A stretch of DNA of 64,000 bases from Bacteroidota bacterium. GTDB lineage: Bacteria > Bacteroidota > Ignavibacteria > Palsa-1295. Position 1 is the stretch's first letter; each line of letters opens with the position of its first letter. The translations under genes were made by a program, and so were the position numbers. The notes under the pieces were generated by a model. The model worked only from the letters and a program-made list of their open reading frames with translations. It did not search any database and was not told the DNA's origin. Location: assembly GCA_021324685.1 (NCBI GenBank), contig JAJPIQ010000032.1:2878-66877 (forward strand), written 5' to 3'. Below, one piece after another: positions 31,901 to 41,538 of this stretch.

Positions 31901-34487
31901 TTCCTTCGGCCGCTCGAATGTCGAGCGCCGTCGTTTGCGCGCCTTCGGACATCGTTTGCGGCGCGAGCTTACGCTGCCACCAATCGATCGCGCGACCGAC
32001 AACGGACTTATCTAACGCGTCTTTCGCGAAGGCTTTCCTTTCGCTGGGATTCATTTCCCGAATGTCCTTCAGCCCCGGCCCTGGCTGCGGGCCGTACTTA
32101 GCGTCGTCGAACTCGGAGAAATCCGGACGCTCCGCCGGTGCGGTCTTCGGCAGCGCTTTGTAAATTGGCTGCTCGGGTGCAGTGGGGGGCGCGCTGCGGT
32201 CAGCAAAAACGCGAGTAGGGGACTCCGTCTGTGGGGCCGTTACTTCTTCCGGAGCACCCGCGTCGGGTGCCGACGCTTGGAACGTTTCGCGTGGTCCTCC
32301 GCTATTGCTATCGCCTGGCGGAGCGCCGCTTCCTTGTTCGGCGGTTTCGACGTCCCGATCATTCCCGTCTGTTCGTACGACGTCATTATCTCCTTGATGT
32401 TCTTGGACTTCGTCTCGGGGTCCGATCCCGGAAGTATTGGCATTATCGTCAGTGGGTTGTGTAGTGGAGGTTCCGCGACGCGCCTCGACGCCCGCGATAA
32501 TATCCGCGGGCGTTTGCTCGATGTATCCTTCCGGACGCGCGACGTGTTTTTGATGAATAAAATATCCGTCGTTTTTGGCGAAGGCATAAGGATCGATCGC
32601 GCGAGCCTCCGAGAGGGAACCCAAGTCTCGCGCAATAACGCCATTGGTGACGCTGCCTTTATTTGGCCCGTTTTCTATGGAATGGGAAACGAGCGGTTCG
32701 TCCGTGACGTAGCGGCCGGGTGAATAGGGCTCATGTGGACTCGCGGTCTGCGGCTCGGTCTGTACCTGATCCGGAGACACGTCTTCGCCCCCCGATTCGA
32801 CGGCACCGACAGACTCACTTAAATCCCGCGGGAGACTTAGCGCTTCGAATGGGAGCAGGCTTGCCGCGCCCACGAGGCGGTCTTCGTCGCTTGCGGTGTG
32901 GCCCTCCACTGCGGCACCCGTCTGAGTCGAAACATCGCCCAGGGCTATTGCCGCGCCGACACGGCCGAGTTTCGACATGAGCGGTAAGTTGCTCGCTACG
33001 GGAACTCGCGCCGCCGCGGCGGCCTCCGCGATACTCTGCCCGACTTCGCCCCCAGCCTCGCTAACGGGTCCGAATGCGTCGCCCGTGATCTTCGCGATCG
33101 CCACGTGGGCGAGCGACTTTACAAGGTTGCCGGGCGTTGCCTCTTTTTCCCCCGAGGCATAATCCGTTGCCTCGCCAAGCGCTTCAGCGCCCGCCATTGA
33201 AGTTCCCATACTAAGCCCGAGCGCATTGCCGGTCTCTACGGCGGCAACCGTCTTCATCGATCCTGCGCCGATGTCGGCCAACGTATTCAGCACGCGACTC
33301 GAGGACTGGAGCTTCGGGCCGAGGTCTTTAAATTCACCGTACGCCCGATCGAATGTCTCGTTCGGAACGCCGGCTTTCGACGCAGCCTCGCCCACCTCCA
33401 TAAATGGTTCCGCGATCTCATGCCCCATCCGCAATGCCGCAAGTTGGACATCCGCCGGCAGGCCGAGTACGCGCGTCGCGCCGAGCTCTTTTAATCGCTC
33501 TTCGTCCTCGCTGATCCCGGGTTGGGGAATCCGAAGCTCGCTTTCGGCCTGCGCGGGCGGGGTGACTGGCGTAATGCCGTATTGCTGCTGATCCGCGAGT
33601 AACTGATCGCGGAGTCCGAACTGCTTCTGATAGTCCGCTTCGGCTTGCTGCGCTTCGATTGCTTGGTTCGCGCGCGCGAGCGCACCAGCCTGCGACTGCT
33701 CCGCGAGGCCGGACTGAACCTGGGCGGCATACCCAAGGTCGGGAGGGGCTACTGGAGGTGTGGCTGGAGTAGTGGTCGCATCCTGCTGACCTGGAAACGG
33801 GGCTGGGGTCGATGGGAACCCAACGGGAGCCGTTGCGCCGCCATCCTGCGGTGGCGCATCCTGCTCCACCGAGTCGCTAACTCCCGAGGGGGCGGCCTTC
33901 CCGAATCGCTTGAGGACTTCGGCCGCGTATTCGTTCGGGGACTCGCCAACGACCTTCCCGTTGTGCATCGCTGGAGCGTCTAAGTGTCCGCCATTACGGC
34001 CGATGTGGTCGAGTGCGGTCTGGCGCAGGGCCTCGTTCAAATCTCCATCGGACTCTTCCAAATGCTGCGAAAGACGGTCTTTCGTACGCGCGAGCATAAG
34101 CTGGTCCTGAAGCGCCGGGTTAGAGAGGAATTCTGCCGGCGTGACCTCTCTGCCGAAATACTTAATACTATCGTCGCGAAGGGTTCCCGGCATAAACTGA
34201 TACCGCCCCATTGCTCCGATCGGATTGACCGTCGTGTACGTCGACGGGTCGTCGTTGTCGCGGTGTTCCCATTCGCCGATCGCCGTGCTCAATTTCAGCG
34301 CGACTTCATCGAGCGTCGACGCGGGCGGAGGGGCCGTCTTCTGCCCGGCATCCGGCTTCGGCGCGGGCGTATTCGTTCCGTCCGGGCTGGGCGCGGCAGT
34401 AGGATCGCCGCCACCGTCCGCAAGGGAGGTGCGCGAAAACATATCGGTAAGCTGCGCGGTGATCTCGCTGATCGGGGTCTGAAGCAT
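28920..34487 (-). CDS. Very large virion protein (tape-measure / internal-core-like) with N-terminal lytic transglycosylase motif
   Basis: 1855 aa and largely alpha-helical. An SLT-like block at aa ~75-140 (GEWEHRDND...NPIGAMGRYQFMPGTL) lies at nt ~34060-34270. Confidence 0.7.
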   Translation of the reverse strand: MLQTPISEITAQLTDMFSRTSLADGGGDPTAAPSPDGTNTPAPKPDAGQKTAPPPASTLDEVALKLSTAIGEWEHRDNDDPSTYTTVNPIGAMGRYQFMPGTLRDDSIKYFGREVTPAEFLSNPALQDQLMLARTKDRLSQHLEESDGDLNEALRQTALDHIGRNGGHLDAPAMHNGKVVGESPNEYAAEVLKRFGKAAPSGVSDSVEQDAPPQDGGATAPVGFPSTPAPFPGQQDATTTPATPPVAPPDLGYAAQVQSGLAEQSQAGALARANQAIEAQQAEADYQKQFGLRDQLLADQQQYGITPVTPPAQAESELRIPQPGISEDEERLKELGATRVLGLPADVQLAALRMGHEIAEPFMEVGEAASKAGVPNETFDRAYGEFKDLGPKLQSSSRVLNTLADIGAGSMKTVAAVETGNALGLSMGTSMAGAEALGEATDYASGEKEATPGNLVKSLAHVAIAKITGDAFGPVSEAGGEVGQSIAEAAAAARVPVASNLPLMSKLGRVGAAIALGDVSTQTGAAVEGHTASDEDRLVGAASLLPFEALSLPRDLSESVGAVESGGEDVSPDQVQTEPQTASPHEPYSPGRYVTDEPLVSHSIENGPNKGSVTNGVIARDLGSLSEARAIDPYAFAKNDGYFIHQKHVARPEGYIEQTPADIIAGVEARRGTSTTQPTDDNANTSGIGPRDEVQEHQGDNDVVRTDGNDRDVETAEQGSGAPPGDSNSGGPRETFQASAPDAGAPEEVTAPQTESPTRVFADRSAPPTAPEQPIYKALPKTAPAERPDFSEFDDAKYGPQPGPGLKDIREMNPSERKAFAKDALDKSVVGRAIDWWQRKLAPQTMSEGAQTTALDIRAAEGRRMQQAKITDEAIKDAHQYMSNMTRSQAAEFMYDADYGLPHADPKLQQARTLFDNLFTAARDRLHAVSPEALKTFYENYFPHVWKDPVKAKAYYSDPARMQRLLKGDKSFMKQRYYADMYEGLKAGLEPASWNPADMVRTKLASINRFIAGEEISNSLADRAGTRVFIPNRQGVTVPEGYTLDKSDPNFTVYGRVQHTVTEAIDQNLHDQLDAFTKTLEPDIQMGREVNLKKTGARTGVVGGYVRTLGERGNRMSSVIKTLFGSGDGVKVHEVGHVMDNKFDLYNKVVGGDPLLRHEAEELALQRVKSTGGHASDKYLAYLQSPEEQMANLAHAYVMAPDLLNEVAPHLADKFDKVLQSVPELNAFRYIKPGVEIGFHTQDARDPTRIVRGWYAIRDGEYQVLKNYLSPGLAGKSIAFDALRAYNNTASMAKLSLSAFHGFETAYNSVINDLGRAMVLGFKGRFDESAQALKDSFNLKKKFREGQQFLKAYAAPGSEGEYLDTVVNRAVLGGFQGGKDPYYDSRMRQKFREAIGNNAPGLANTLGATAKALGKGELLKPGVAAKGLMAALEQAAAPIMDYWVPAMKAAAVKQLVLDDLADADHPVTSEADIKKMTAKAVDHVDNIFGQVIYSNLFWDRAVKDKLLQTFLATGWNFGTARAFTGSLVDAARTAHNLWEGNNPELTQRTAYMLALTMTHAFTAALITGLLAHHAPKDVKDLILPSSGDVDDLGDERRLSIKDYFTDLYSTYKDPKGTIIGKLAPVFSTVATLLTNKGHYGDNVVNPDDPFWRQWVDRGLYVASDFIPFTATAIRNELEEGTHNKLAVTAGAFIGIKPARRELYQTDAEAVQQRYTQARYTEGGRTQETAEHSSHKSELLRLLRNGEAGQAAALRDRYIKEGKITPSDWKTITKESKESGFTHDFKSDSPDQALRVFEAASPAEREVLLPTLRDKIRRLSDENTDPKMLKEYRDRFQRLAAGVPSRGATRVLVPTP

Positions 34488-35962
34488 TAAGGATAAAGCG
34501 GATGGAACATGGACGGCGCTGGGATATTATAAGCGGAATCGTAACTGGTCGTGACGAATCCGGAACTCCAACTGGTCGCGCTGGTATCGGAGTCGGTGAG
34601 ATACAGATAGGCTACGCTACCGGAGCCGACAAACGCGGCCGCCGTAGGCGAAACGGGGTGCGCGACGTGAAGCGAATTTCGGAAGAAGACGGCCGCGCCT
34701 CCGGGGTACGACGGGTTCGTAAGGAGCGGATCGGTGGGCGCCTCCGCTACTTCTTTCGCGTGCGTGATACAGCCATCGAACATCACGATCCCGAATTGGC
34801 GGCCAGTGAAGCTACCGCCTCCGTCAAGATAATCGTGCCCGTACACCGTCGCATACGGATTGTTCCCGAGCGGGCCATATTGCGCTCCGCCACGATGCGC
34901 GACCATCCAGCCCTCGCATAAGAGCTGTCCGTAAATATAGCAGTCGTCGAGGATGACCCCGTTATCGAGTTGCCCGGTTCCCGTGCTACCGGCGCTCGTG
35001 GAGCGAAAGACGCCGTCGCTCGAAGTCATCGTCAGGAGGTACGGTCCGCCCCCCGGCCGCGCAGAAGCGCGGATCGCCCAACCCGTACCGTCGACGGGCG
35101 TATCGGGGTAACTATATCCGGACTGCGTTACTTCCTTAACGAGGTTGACGTAGAACCGGCATCCGCGGAAGAAGGAATACCAAAGCTGGTCGTTACCAAG
35201 CTCCATCCAACACGGCGCGACATTGAGCGTCAGGGACGGATTCGTCGTCTGCACGAACACACAGTCCTCGGCATAGAGGCGGCGTTGAGAGTAAAGCCCG
35301 AGTTGCGCCCCTTCGAACCGACACTGATAAAAGCTCGGGGCCTTCATTAGCGGATCGGTTGCGAGGCTCGACACCGCCGCCATAAAGAGCGAAGGGTTGT
35401 CGTTCGGCGATTGGAACGTAATTCCTTCGACGCGGACGTCCGTGACGGAAGCTCCAATCGTGGAGTTCCCAAGGATAACCGGCTGGCCCCATCCGATGAG
35501 GTCCACCCAGTCCGACGTGAATGTCAACGTTTCATCCCACGGCGTTCCACCGCCAAGGATGATGAGAGGGCACCGGTATCCATCCGCGGCACCGATCGCC
35601 GCGGCTTTAGCATATCCATCGGCAATCGTCGTAGCGGACGTTCCGTTGTTGTACCCTGGGGCGAGCGGAGTGTCGTCGCCGACGTTGTGGTCTTTTCCTA
35701 CGATGACGTAATGAGCCCATTTATGAAAGCGATCCGGCGGCGTCGGAGGAAGACGTTGGGCGGGCGAAACGATCGTTGCTGCGGGCGCGCTTGGAGCCGC
35801 CTTTGGGGTGGGTTCTGCGGCGGCCTGAGCGGCATCGTCTTCTAATCGTCGTTTAAACTCGTCGTCAACATTCCGGTCCTGGCCCGGTTCGCTGACGCCG
35901 TAGTTTCTTTTTCGCTGGAGCGAATAATCGAAATTCGCGCCACGATGGCGAGGGTCACCCAT
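34487..35962 (-). CDS. Right-handed beta-helix tailspike / depolymerase-like protein
   Basis: 491 aa with pectate-lyase-like repeats (NSTIGASVTDVRVEGITFQ, DCVFVQTTNPSLTLNVAPCWMELGND, DDCYIYGQLLCEGW). Confidence 0.55.
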   Translation of the reverse strand: MGDPRHRGANFDYSLQRKRNYGVSEPGQDRNVDDEFKRRLEDDAAQAAAEPTPKAAPSAPAATIVSPAQRLPPTPPDRFHKWAHYVIVGKDHNVGDDTPLAPGYNNGTSATTIADGYAKAAAIGAADGYRCPLIILGGGTPWDETLTFTSDWVDLIGWGQPVILGNSTIGASVTDVRVEGITFQSPNDNPSLFMAAVSSLATDPLMKAPSFYQCRFEGAQLGLYSQRRLYAEDCVFVQTTNPSLTLNVAPCWMELGNDQLWYSFFRGCRFYVNLVKEVTQSGYSYPDTPVDGTGWAIRASARPGGGPYLLTMTSSDGVFRSTSAGSTGTGQLDNGVILDDCYIYGQLLCEGWMVAHRGGAQYGPLGNNPYATVYGHDYLDGGGSFTGRQFGIVMFDGCITHAKEVAEAPTDPLLTNPSYPGGAAVFFRNSLHVAHPVSPTAAAFVGSGSVAYLYLTDSDTSATSWSSGFVTTSYDSAYNIPAPSMFHPLYP

Positions 35963-35965
35963 GCT

Positions 35966-38900
35966 TTAGAGCGGATGGTGGTGTTTGAGGGCAACGTCGA
36001 CGTCGATCGACTGGAGGGATATGCTGTGCGTGCCCCCGCTCGGCGTCGAGCTAATGCGAACATAAGGCGCGATACTCATACCCTCGGCCGCCGTCGTGGG
36101 AACGATGTGAACGAGCGTGTTCGGGCGGCCGGGTGTTGCGATCGTAACCGGCCAGATTGTCGCGCTATCGATGATATGACCTCGGACGGCATCGTAGGAA
36201 CCGTCCGTTTTCGCCATGCCGGTGATGAATGTCAGCGCGGCATTGGCGCTCGCCTTCACATAAAGTGTTCTGAGGAGCTTCGGCGACTGAGGGAGGGTGA
36301 GCGCGAACGGCATTTCTGCAATGGCCGACCCGGTCCATGTTGCGGGATAATCGCAGTTGATAGTCGCGATCTGTGTCGCCGTTGTATCCGCATAGCTCGC
36401 ATACAGCGTTCCATCCCCATGCGACGCGAAGAAGACCTGATCGGATCGGAACTTAGAAGGGTCGAGCCGGTTACTCGTGTTGTTTACGAGCGCAAACGAC
36501 GGCGAGAGGTCGAACTGATAGTTCTCTACCCCGAGCACTTCGCCCGAGAGATAATGTCGCCGGACCTCGCCGGTAAGGAACTTATAGATGTAAAGTGACT
36601 GTGGGAGCCCGCACGAGACCCAGTTGACGCCATCGTTCGCAGGCGTGACGTTGGTATTCCCCTGAAGCGCCTTCCACGTTACGCCGCCGCTCGATACGAG
36701 GTTCCCAGCGACATACGCGGTCGTACTGCTCCACGGCGCCACGCCGGAAGCCGACGCCCAGAGATCGACGCTGGATGGGAAATACAGCCAAAGCTCGTAC
36801 CGGTGCGCCAGCATCCCGAGCGAAGCGCGTTTCGCATTCGCATGCCGCCCCAAGCCGGGAATGTATTCATCAAGGTATTTTCGAACGGCCGTCTGTATTT
36901 GCGCCGGAAATGGAACGACGCCGGAACCTTCGGCAAAATAAAGGCCGCTGGCGGAGAGGAAGAAGACGACCTTATTCCACTTCTGAATTGCTGTCCGGCT
37001 AATCGCTCCGATCTGCCGGGTCTCCTCTTCGACGCGTGGCTTACTGGCCTGAAGGATCGTAAGCGTCGCGGAGTCTGTCGTAAAGACCCACAGCTCTCCC
37101 AGGATAACTTCCATACCCGTAATCGGAGCGAACGGGTGCGCCCTCTCGACCTGAAGCGGAGGCCACTCGGTCGGAGCGTTCGGAAGCGAATAAATGTACT
37201 GCGGCGGCTCGTAGTAATTTTTTACCGTCTTCGTCGGCCGCGGAGTAATGCCGCTCGGGTCCGAGTACGCCGGAACGCTGTCGGACGAAACGGCGATCAC
37301 CGGGTCCGTAACGGGATAGTCTCCGAGCTTAAAATACTTCCTCACGCCACCCGAGTAGCGGCTGACATAGAGCCGGAGCGTCACAATGTCCGGCGTCATG
37401 CCGCGTGGAAGCACGAAAAACATCCAGTCGGCTTCGTCGGAGTCGTGAGCGATCGCGGCGTTATTGAGCGTAATATCCGAAAGATCGGATTGATTACCCT
37501 GCCCATCGACATACGCGAAGTGGAACGAAATGGTATTGAGTCCGTCGCCCGGTCCGGTGGAGGGAGCGAAATCGGTGCTTGGCGTTAGGTGACTGCTTGG
37601 GCTGATACCATTATAGACTTTGCCGTCTAAGTACATTGCAGAGACCGCTGGGCCAGGCGTATCAACCCAGTACGTCGTCTTGGTGTTGCCCAGGACGAGT
37701 TTCGTTTGATAATCGCGAACGCGCTGCGCGGAGAATTGACCGACCTCGTACCCATCGTATTGATCGGGGGTGTTGCCAAAATCAATTCCCGTATCCGGAA
37801 TGTCGTCCGTAAAGACCTGCCCCTGCTTGAGGGAACCGATGTAGCCGTAAGTATGCGGCTCGAAGAGTGGATCGTCAGTGACGTTCTTACTATCGTCCGG
37901 CTCGCTGTGTGCGGTACGAAAGATGAGGATTTCTTCCGTCGTGCTCCAGTCGATCGGGAACGTAGTCGCATCGAACATCGTGAGCGGCGCGCCCTTGAAC
38001 TCGCTCGCGGGGCACATCAGTTTGTACGGCGTAACGTCGCCCGGGAACTTCATAACGGCGGGGTCGCCCCACCCCAGATAACGCGCCGTTGCATAGTATG
38101 GCGTTTGCGTGGCAAGCGGCGCGGACGAGGTACTCAGGCTTCGGAACTTCGCCTGAAGATCGAAGAAGTCGTCTTTCGACGGGAAGAGCGTTTGACCGGT
38201 CGTGCCCGTATGGACCGTCGTGAATGTGCCGTCGCCATTGCCGATCTGCCAAATTCCAGGCCCAGAGTTATCCGGGTCCCAGGAAGAGAGATCGGAGAGG
38301 TCGAACCAGATTTGCGGGTTCGTGTTCGGGTTCGCGATCTGGTCCGGGAATGTTAATACGCCCGAGACAAGCCGACCCGCGATCGGAGGAATATACATCC
38401 GGTCCTCAACCCACAAGTCCGCCGAGGGCTTGGAGTTCCGATATACGGTATTGCCTTTCGCATCGACGCTCGTGCGGACCGCGACGAAGCGGTATCCCCA
38501 CGCGCGGCTCTTCGTGTGGTTGTAGAAGTGCGCGCTTGCCGCATCTTCGGGGACGGCGGGGTCGCCGGCGCCTTTCACCCAGGGCGTCTGCGGCACAATA
38601 GAACTATATTCCGGACCGGTCGCGAGGAAGTAGGGCGCGTCGATTGGAACTTTTAAAACTTGGGGATCGCCCGTGATCGGGTCGGGGATGGAGCTGAATA
38701 CGTGGAGCTGCCCACCGCTCGCTCCGTGAGAATCGTAGAGGTGATCGTCGTTATTAAAGACGAGCAGATCGCCCGTTGTCTTTCCAACGAAAGAGACGGT
38801 CAATGGGACCGGCGTAAGGTCCTTGCCAAGCGTCGTGACATTCCACGTCGTTCCGCTCGTGATCGGCGTCAGAACGGACGTGGGCTCGAGACTGTACGTC

Positions 38901-39415
38901 GCAACGTCATAGACGCTGACAATGAGCGACGTATTGAGCTGGCACACGCCGACCGTCGGCGGCGTAGGTGGCGTCGTCGTCGTGTCTCCCGCGGTAATCG
39001 TAGAACTGAGCGTCGCAGTCCAGGAGGTTTCGGCGGCTTTGTCGACGATCGAAAGCGCGACTGCACCCGTGGCGCCATCCCACCACAGCAGGACGTTGTA
39101 TCGCAGGGTCTTCATCGCGCCCGACGTCACATACTCCACGACGTACTCGCACGTCGCGACGGGAACGCTTCCAGCAGGCATCGGGACGAACCCCGACTCC
39201 GGATTCCACGCCCGCGTAATATCGTACTCTTTGATGCCGGTGCGGAGCGTAAGCTCTCCCTCCGACTCAATGCGAAAATTTCGAAGGTCCGTAAACCGGC
39301 CCTTCGAAATTGTGGAGGTGTTCGAGTCTAAGTCAAGGCCAGCAAGGGACGGGATCGATTCCCTGTGATATTCCTGGCCGACCTTGAGGGTTCTTGGGTC
39401 GAGCGGTGTCGCCAT
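35966..39415 (-). CDS. Large beta-rich virion structural protein (1149 aa)
   Basis: Long uninterrupted ORF rich in Thr/Ser/Gly/aromatic residues, located inside the structural module. Confidence 0.5.
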   Translation of the reverse strand: MATPLDPRTLKVGQEYHRESIPSLAGLDLDSNTSTISKGRFTDLRNFRIESEGELTLRTGIKEYDITRAWNPESGFVPMPAGSVPVATCEYVVEYVTSGAMKTLRYNVLLWWDGATGAVALSIVDKAAETSWTATLSSTITAGDTTTTPPTPPTVGVCQLNTSLIVSVYDVATYSLEPTSVLTPITSGTTWNVTTLGKDLTPVPLTVSFVGKTTGDLLVFNNDDHLYDSHGASGGQLHVFSSIPDPITGDPQVLKVPIDAPYFLATGPEYSSIVPQTPWVKGAGDPAVPEDAASAHFYNHTKSRAWGYRFVAVRTSVDAKGNTVYRNSKPSADLWVEDRMYIPPIAGRLVSGVLTFPDQIANPNTNPQIWFDLSDLSSWDPDNSGPGIWQIGNGDGTFTTVHTGTTGQTLFPSKDDFFDLQAKFRSLSTSSAPLATQTPYYATARYLGWGDPAVMKFPGDVTPYKLMCPASEFKGAPLTMFDATTFPIDWSTTEEILIFRTAHSEPDDSKNVTDDPLFEPHTYGYIGSLKQGQVFTDDIPDTGIDFGNTPDQYDGYEVGQFSAQRVRDYQTKLVLGNTKTTYWVDTPGPAVSAMYLDGKVYNGISPSSHLTPSTDFAPSTGPGDGLNTISFHFAYVDGQGNQSDLSDITLNNAAIAHDSDEADWMFFVLPRGMTPDIVTLRLYVSRYSGGVRKYFKLGDYPVTDPVIAVSSDSVPAYSDPSGITPRPTKTVKNYYEPPQYIYSLPNAPTEWPPLQVERAHPFAPITGMEVILGELWVFTTDSATLTILQASKPRVEEETRQIGAISRTAIQKWNKVVFFLSASGLYFAEGSGVVPFPAQIQTAVRKYLDEYIPGLGRHANAKRASLGMLAHRYELWLYFPSSVDLWASASGVAPWSSTTAYVAGNLVSSGGVTWKALQGNTNVTPANDGVNWVSCGLPQSLYIYKFLTGEVRRHYLSGEVLGVENYQFDLSPSFALVNNTSNRLDPSKFRSDQVFFASHGDGTLYASYADTTATQIATINCDYPATWTGSAIAEMPFALTLPQSPKLLRTLYVKASANAALTFITGMAKTDGSYDAVRGHIIDSATIWPVTIATPGRPNTLVHIVPTTAAEGMSIAPYVRISSTPSGGTHSISLQSIDVDVALKHHHPL

Positions 39416-40164
39416 TAAAACAAGCCAGCTAAATTCGGGGGCGGGAGCGTCATCTGTGTGTAGTCGGTCTGGTCGGTCTTCGCGGCGGAAATCGCAGCCT
39501 GGAACTGGGACATCGCGAGATCGTATTCATCCCGATGAACTTTGAGGCCACCCGGCGAGCCCGCGAAAATTTGAGCTTTCACGTACTCCTTAATCCCATG
39601 CGTCGCGGCGGTGAAGCAGTCTTCCGGACCGCACGACTGCATTTTGTTCGTCGGATCGGCGCCGTACCCAGCCCACTCGTCTTTGTCCGTCGGGCTGTAC
39701 GGATTTAAATACGGCGCATAGTTAATCGTCAAGTAGCCCGTCGAGAGATCGAAGGGATAGACGAGTAGCTCTTTCCGCGGCGTAACTGCGACGAAGATTT
39801 TACCTTGAAGGTAATCGTTCGACGGTGGAATAGGATCGTTTATAGAGGTGCGATTGCTCGCGGCAACACGGTGCAGGTCCTGATACGCCCGCACGAAGAC
39901 GGTCACGAAATCCGGAGTGTCGGTTGTAAGCGACCAGGTGACTTCGTTGAACTGGCGGAAGCCCGCAGGGAGGTCATAGATGCCGTTCGTATTGTTCGCG
40001 ACCAACCCGATTGTCGCCGTCCTCCAGCACGCAGAGGTTTCCTGCTGAAGGATGAACTGGGCGGTCGACATCCATTGCATCGCAATGACACTGTTCAACC
40101 ACGCCACCGGCACAACCTCTTTCGTTTCTGTTCGCGCCTGCATATAAATTTCAAACCACGTCAT
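39415..40164 (-). CDS. Phage structural protein (hypothetical)
   Basis: 249-aa ORF in the tightly packed minus-strand morphogenesis operon. Confidence 0.4.
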   Translation of the reverse strand: MTWFEIYMQARTETKEVVPVAWLNSVIAMQWMSTAQFILQQETSACWRTATIGLVANNTNGIYDLPAGFRQFNEVTWSLTTDTPDFVTVFVRAYQDLHRVAASNRTSINDPIPPSNDYLQGKIFVAVTPRKELLVYPFDLSTGYLTINYAPYLNPYSPTDKDEWAGYGADPTNKMQSCGPEDCFTAATHGIKEYVKAQIFAGSPGGLKVHRDEYDLAMSQFQAAISAAKTDQTDYTQMTLPPPNLAGLF

Positions 40165-40173
40165 TTTGGAACG

Positions 40174-40851
40174 TTAGGAAGTGGTGGGAATTTCTGCGCC
40201 GTAGAGCCGGAGAGGCGTGTTGGCGTCTCGGATCGCATTAATCGCGTCGCTTAACGTCTGGAGACCTTTCGAGACATCGCTCGGGTTATCGACGAGGAGG
40301 TTGTGGCGGAGGCGCGCTAACCGGACCGCTTCCAAAATAACCGGCTGCTCGAAGGTCCACGGAATAATTGCGAAGTGTCCGTTCCCGGGGTCCGTGATTT
40401 CCGTCGTTTCGTCGTCGATGAATTGAAACGTCCAGATGTAGTGAAGCGTAACGCTCATCACCGACTGCGGCCGGAGTTTGAGCACGGTCGTGTCGATGCG
40501 GCACACCGGATTCGCGGCCGTGCCGCCCTGGAACGGATTGTTGGCGACGTTAATGTATTCGCGATGCCCAAGAATGCGCGCAGCTCCCTCTTTCGCACCG
40601 CTTACTTCGACCAGGAGGCCCTTGTAGAAGTCGGTGGGAAGATCGAAAGTCCCTTCGTTGGTCGTCTGCGAAGCCTGGGCGATGGTAACCGACTTCGTGT
40701 AAAAAGTCTGGTCGGCTCGAAGTGCGATCGGGTAATAAAATTGCAGCGCCTTATTCACCAACTGCTTTGCGGTCGGCTGGTCGAGGCTAACCGCGGTGGC
40801 CGTGTGCTTACAGCGAATAAGCACCTGGTAGATCATGTTGTCGAGAGTCAT
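40174..40851 (-). CDS. Phage structural protein (hypothetical)
   Basis: 225-aa ORF in the morphogenesis operon. Confidence 0.4.
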   Translation of the reverse strand: MTLDNMIYQVLIRCKHTATAVSLDQPTAKQLVNKALQFYYPIALRADQTFYTKSVTIAQASQTTNEGTFDLPTDFYKGLLVEVSGAKEGAARILGHREYINVANNPFQGGTAANPVCRIDTTVLKLRPQSVMSVTLHYIWTFQFIDDETTEITDPGNGHFAIIPWTFEQPVILEAVRLARLRHNLLVDNPSDVSKGLQTLSDAINAIRDANTPLRLYGAEIPTTS

Positions 40852-40860
40852 GGGAGCTTT

Positions 40861-41526
40861 TTAGACGGAGCCGGACGACTCGGTGCGAGAATTCAGCATT
40901 TGGTTATCAAAGAGGCCCTCGTAGAATGCCTTGTTCTGCGTAAGGACCTCCGCGGCCTGCTGCTGCGTGAGGAGGTAAGCTTTCTCTTCGGGAAGAAGCT
41001 GCTCTAAGGTGTATTCAGCGGCAAGTTGATGGATCGCGCTCTCCGACTGATACGGCATCGTGTCGTACGTCGCGTCGGGAATTGTCGAGCCGAACATCTT
41101 CGGCTGACGCGGGTAGTAGCCCAGCGTAATCGTCAGGCCCGAGGGCAGCGTGTTAACTTTCTGGTTCTCGAAGAAAATCGAAGGCGACGTGTTGGACGCG
41201 AGACAATAGGGATTCGTCTTTCGCGTACCGATTTCTTCCGTGTCGATGTACGAGAGAGGATACTCCACCCCATTGTTGACGTACACTGCGTCGTTGGCGT
41301 AGGCCGTGAAGTCGGACGGGAGCGACGCTCCGTCGGCGATAGAAATGTACTTTCTAAAATCCGATTCGTTAGCGATGACGTAGGTCCTCCAGACGTAGTC
41401 GCGAGCGTACTCTACGTTCGCGTCAATCAGGGCGTCGTCGTATTGAATGTCCTGCGCGAAGGCCATGAGGAGGGTCTTAACTTTCGCGCGACGCTGACCC
41501 TTGTTATAAAGGCTTTGAGCTGGCAT
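40861..41526 (-). CDS. Phage structural protein (hypothetical)
   Basis: 221-aa ORF in the morphogenesis operon. Confidence 0.4.
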   Translation of the reverse strand: MPAQSLYNKGQRRAKVKTLLMAFAQDIQYDDALIDANVEYARDYVWRTYVIANESDFRKYISIADGASLPSDFTAYANDAVYVNNGVEYPLSYIDTEEIGTRKTNPYCLASNTSPSIFFENQKVNTLPSGLTITLGYYPRQPKMFGSTIPDATYDTMPYQSESAIHQLAAEYTLEQLLPEEKAYLLTQQQAAEVLTQNKAFYEGLFDNQMLNSRTESSGSV

Positions 41527-41538
41527 AGGGCAAGGGAA

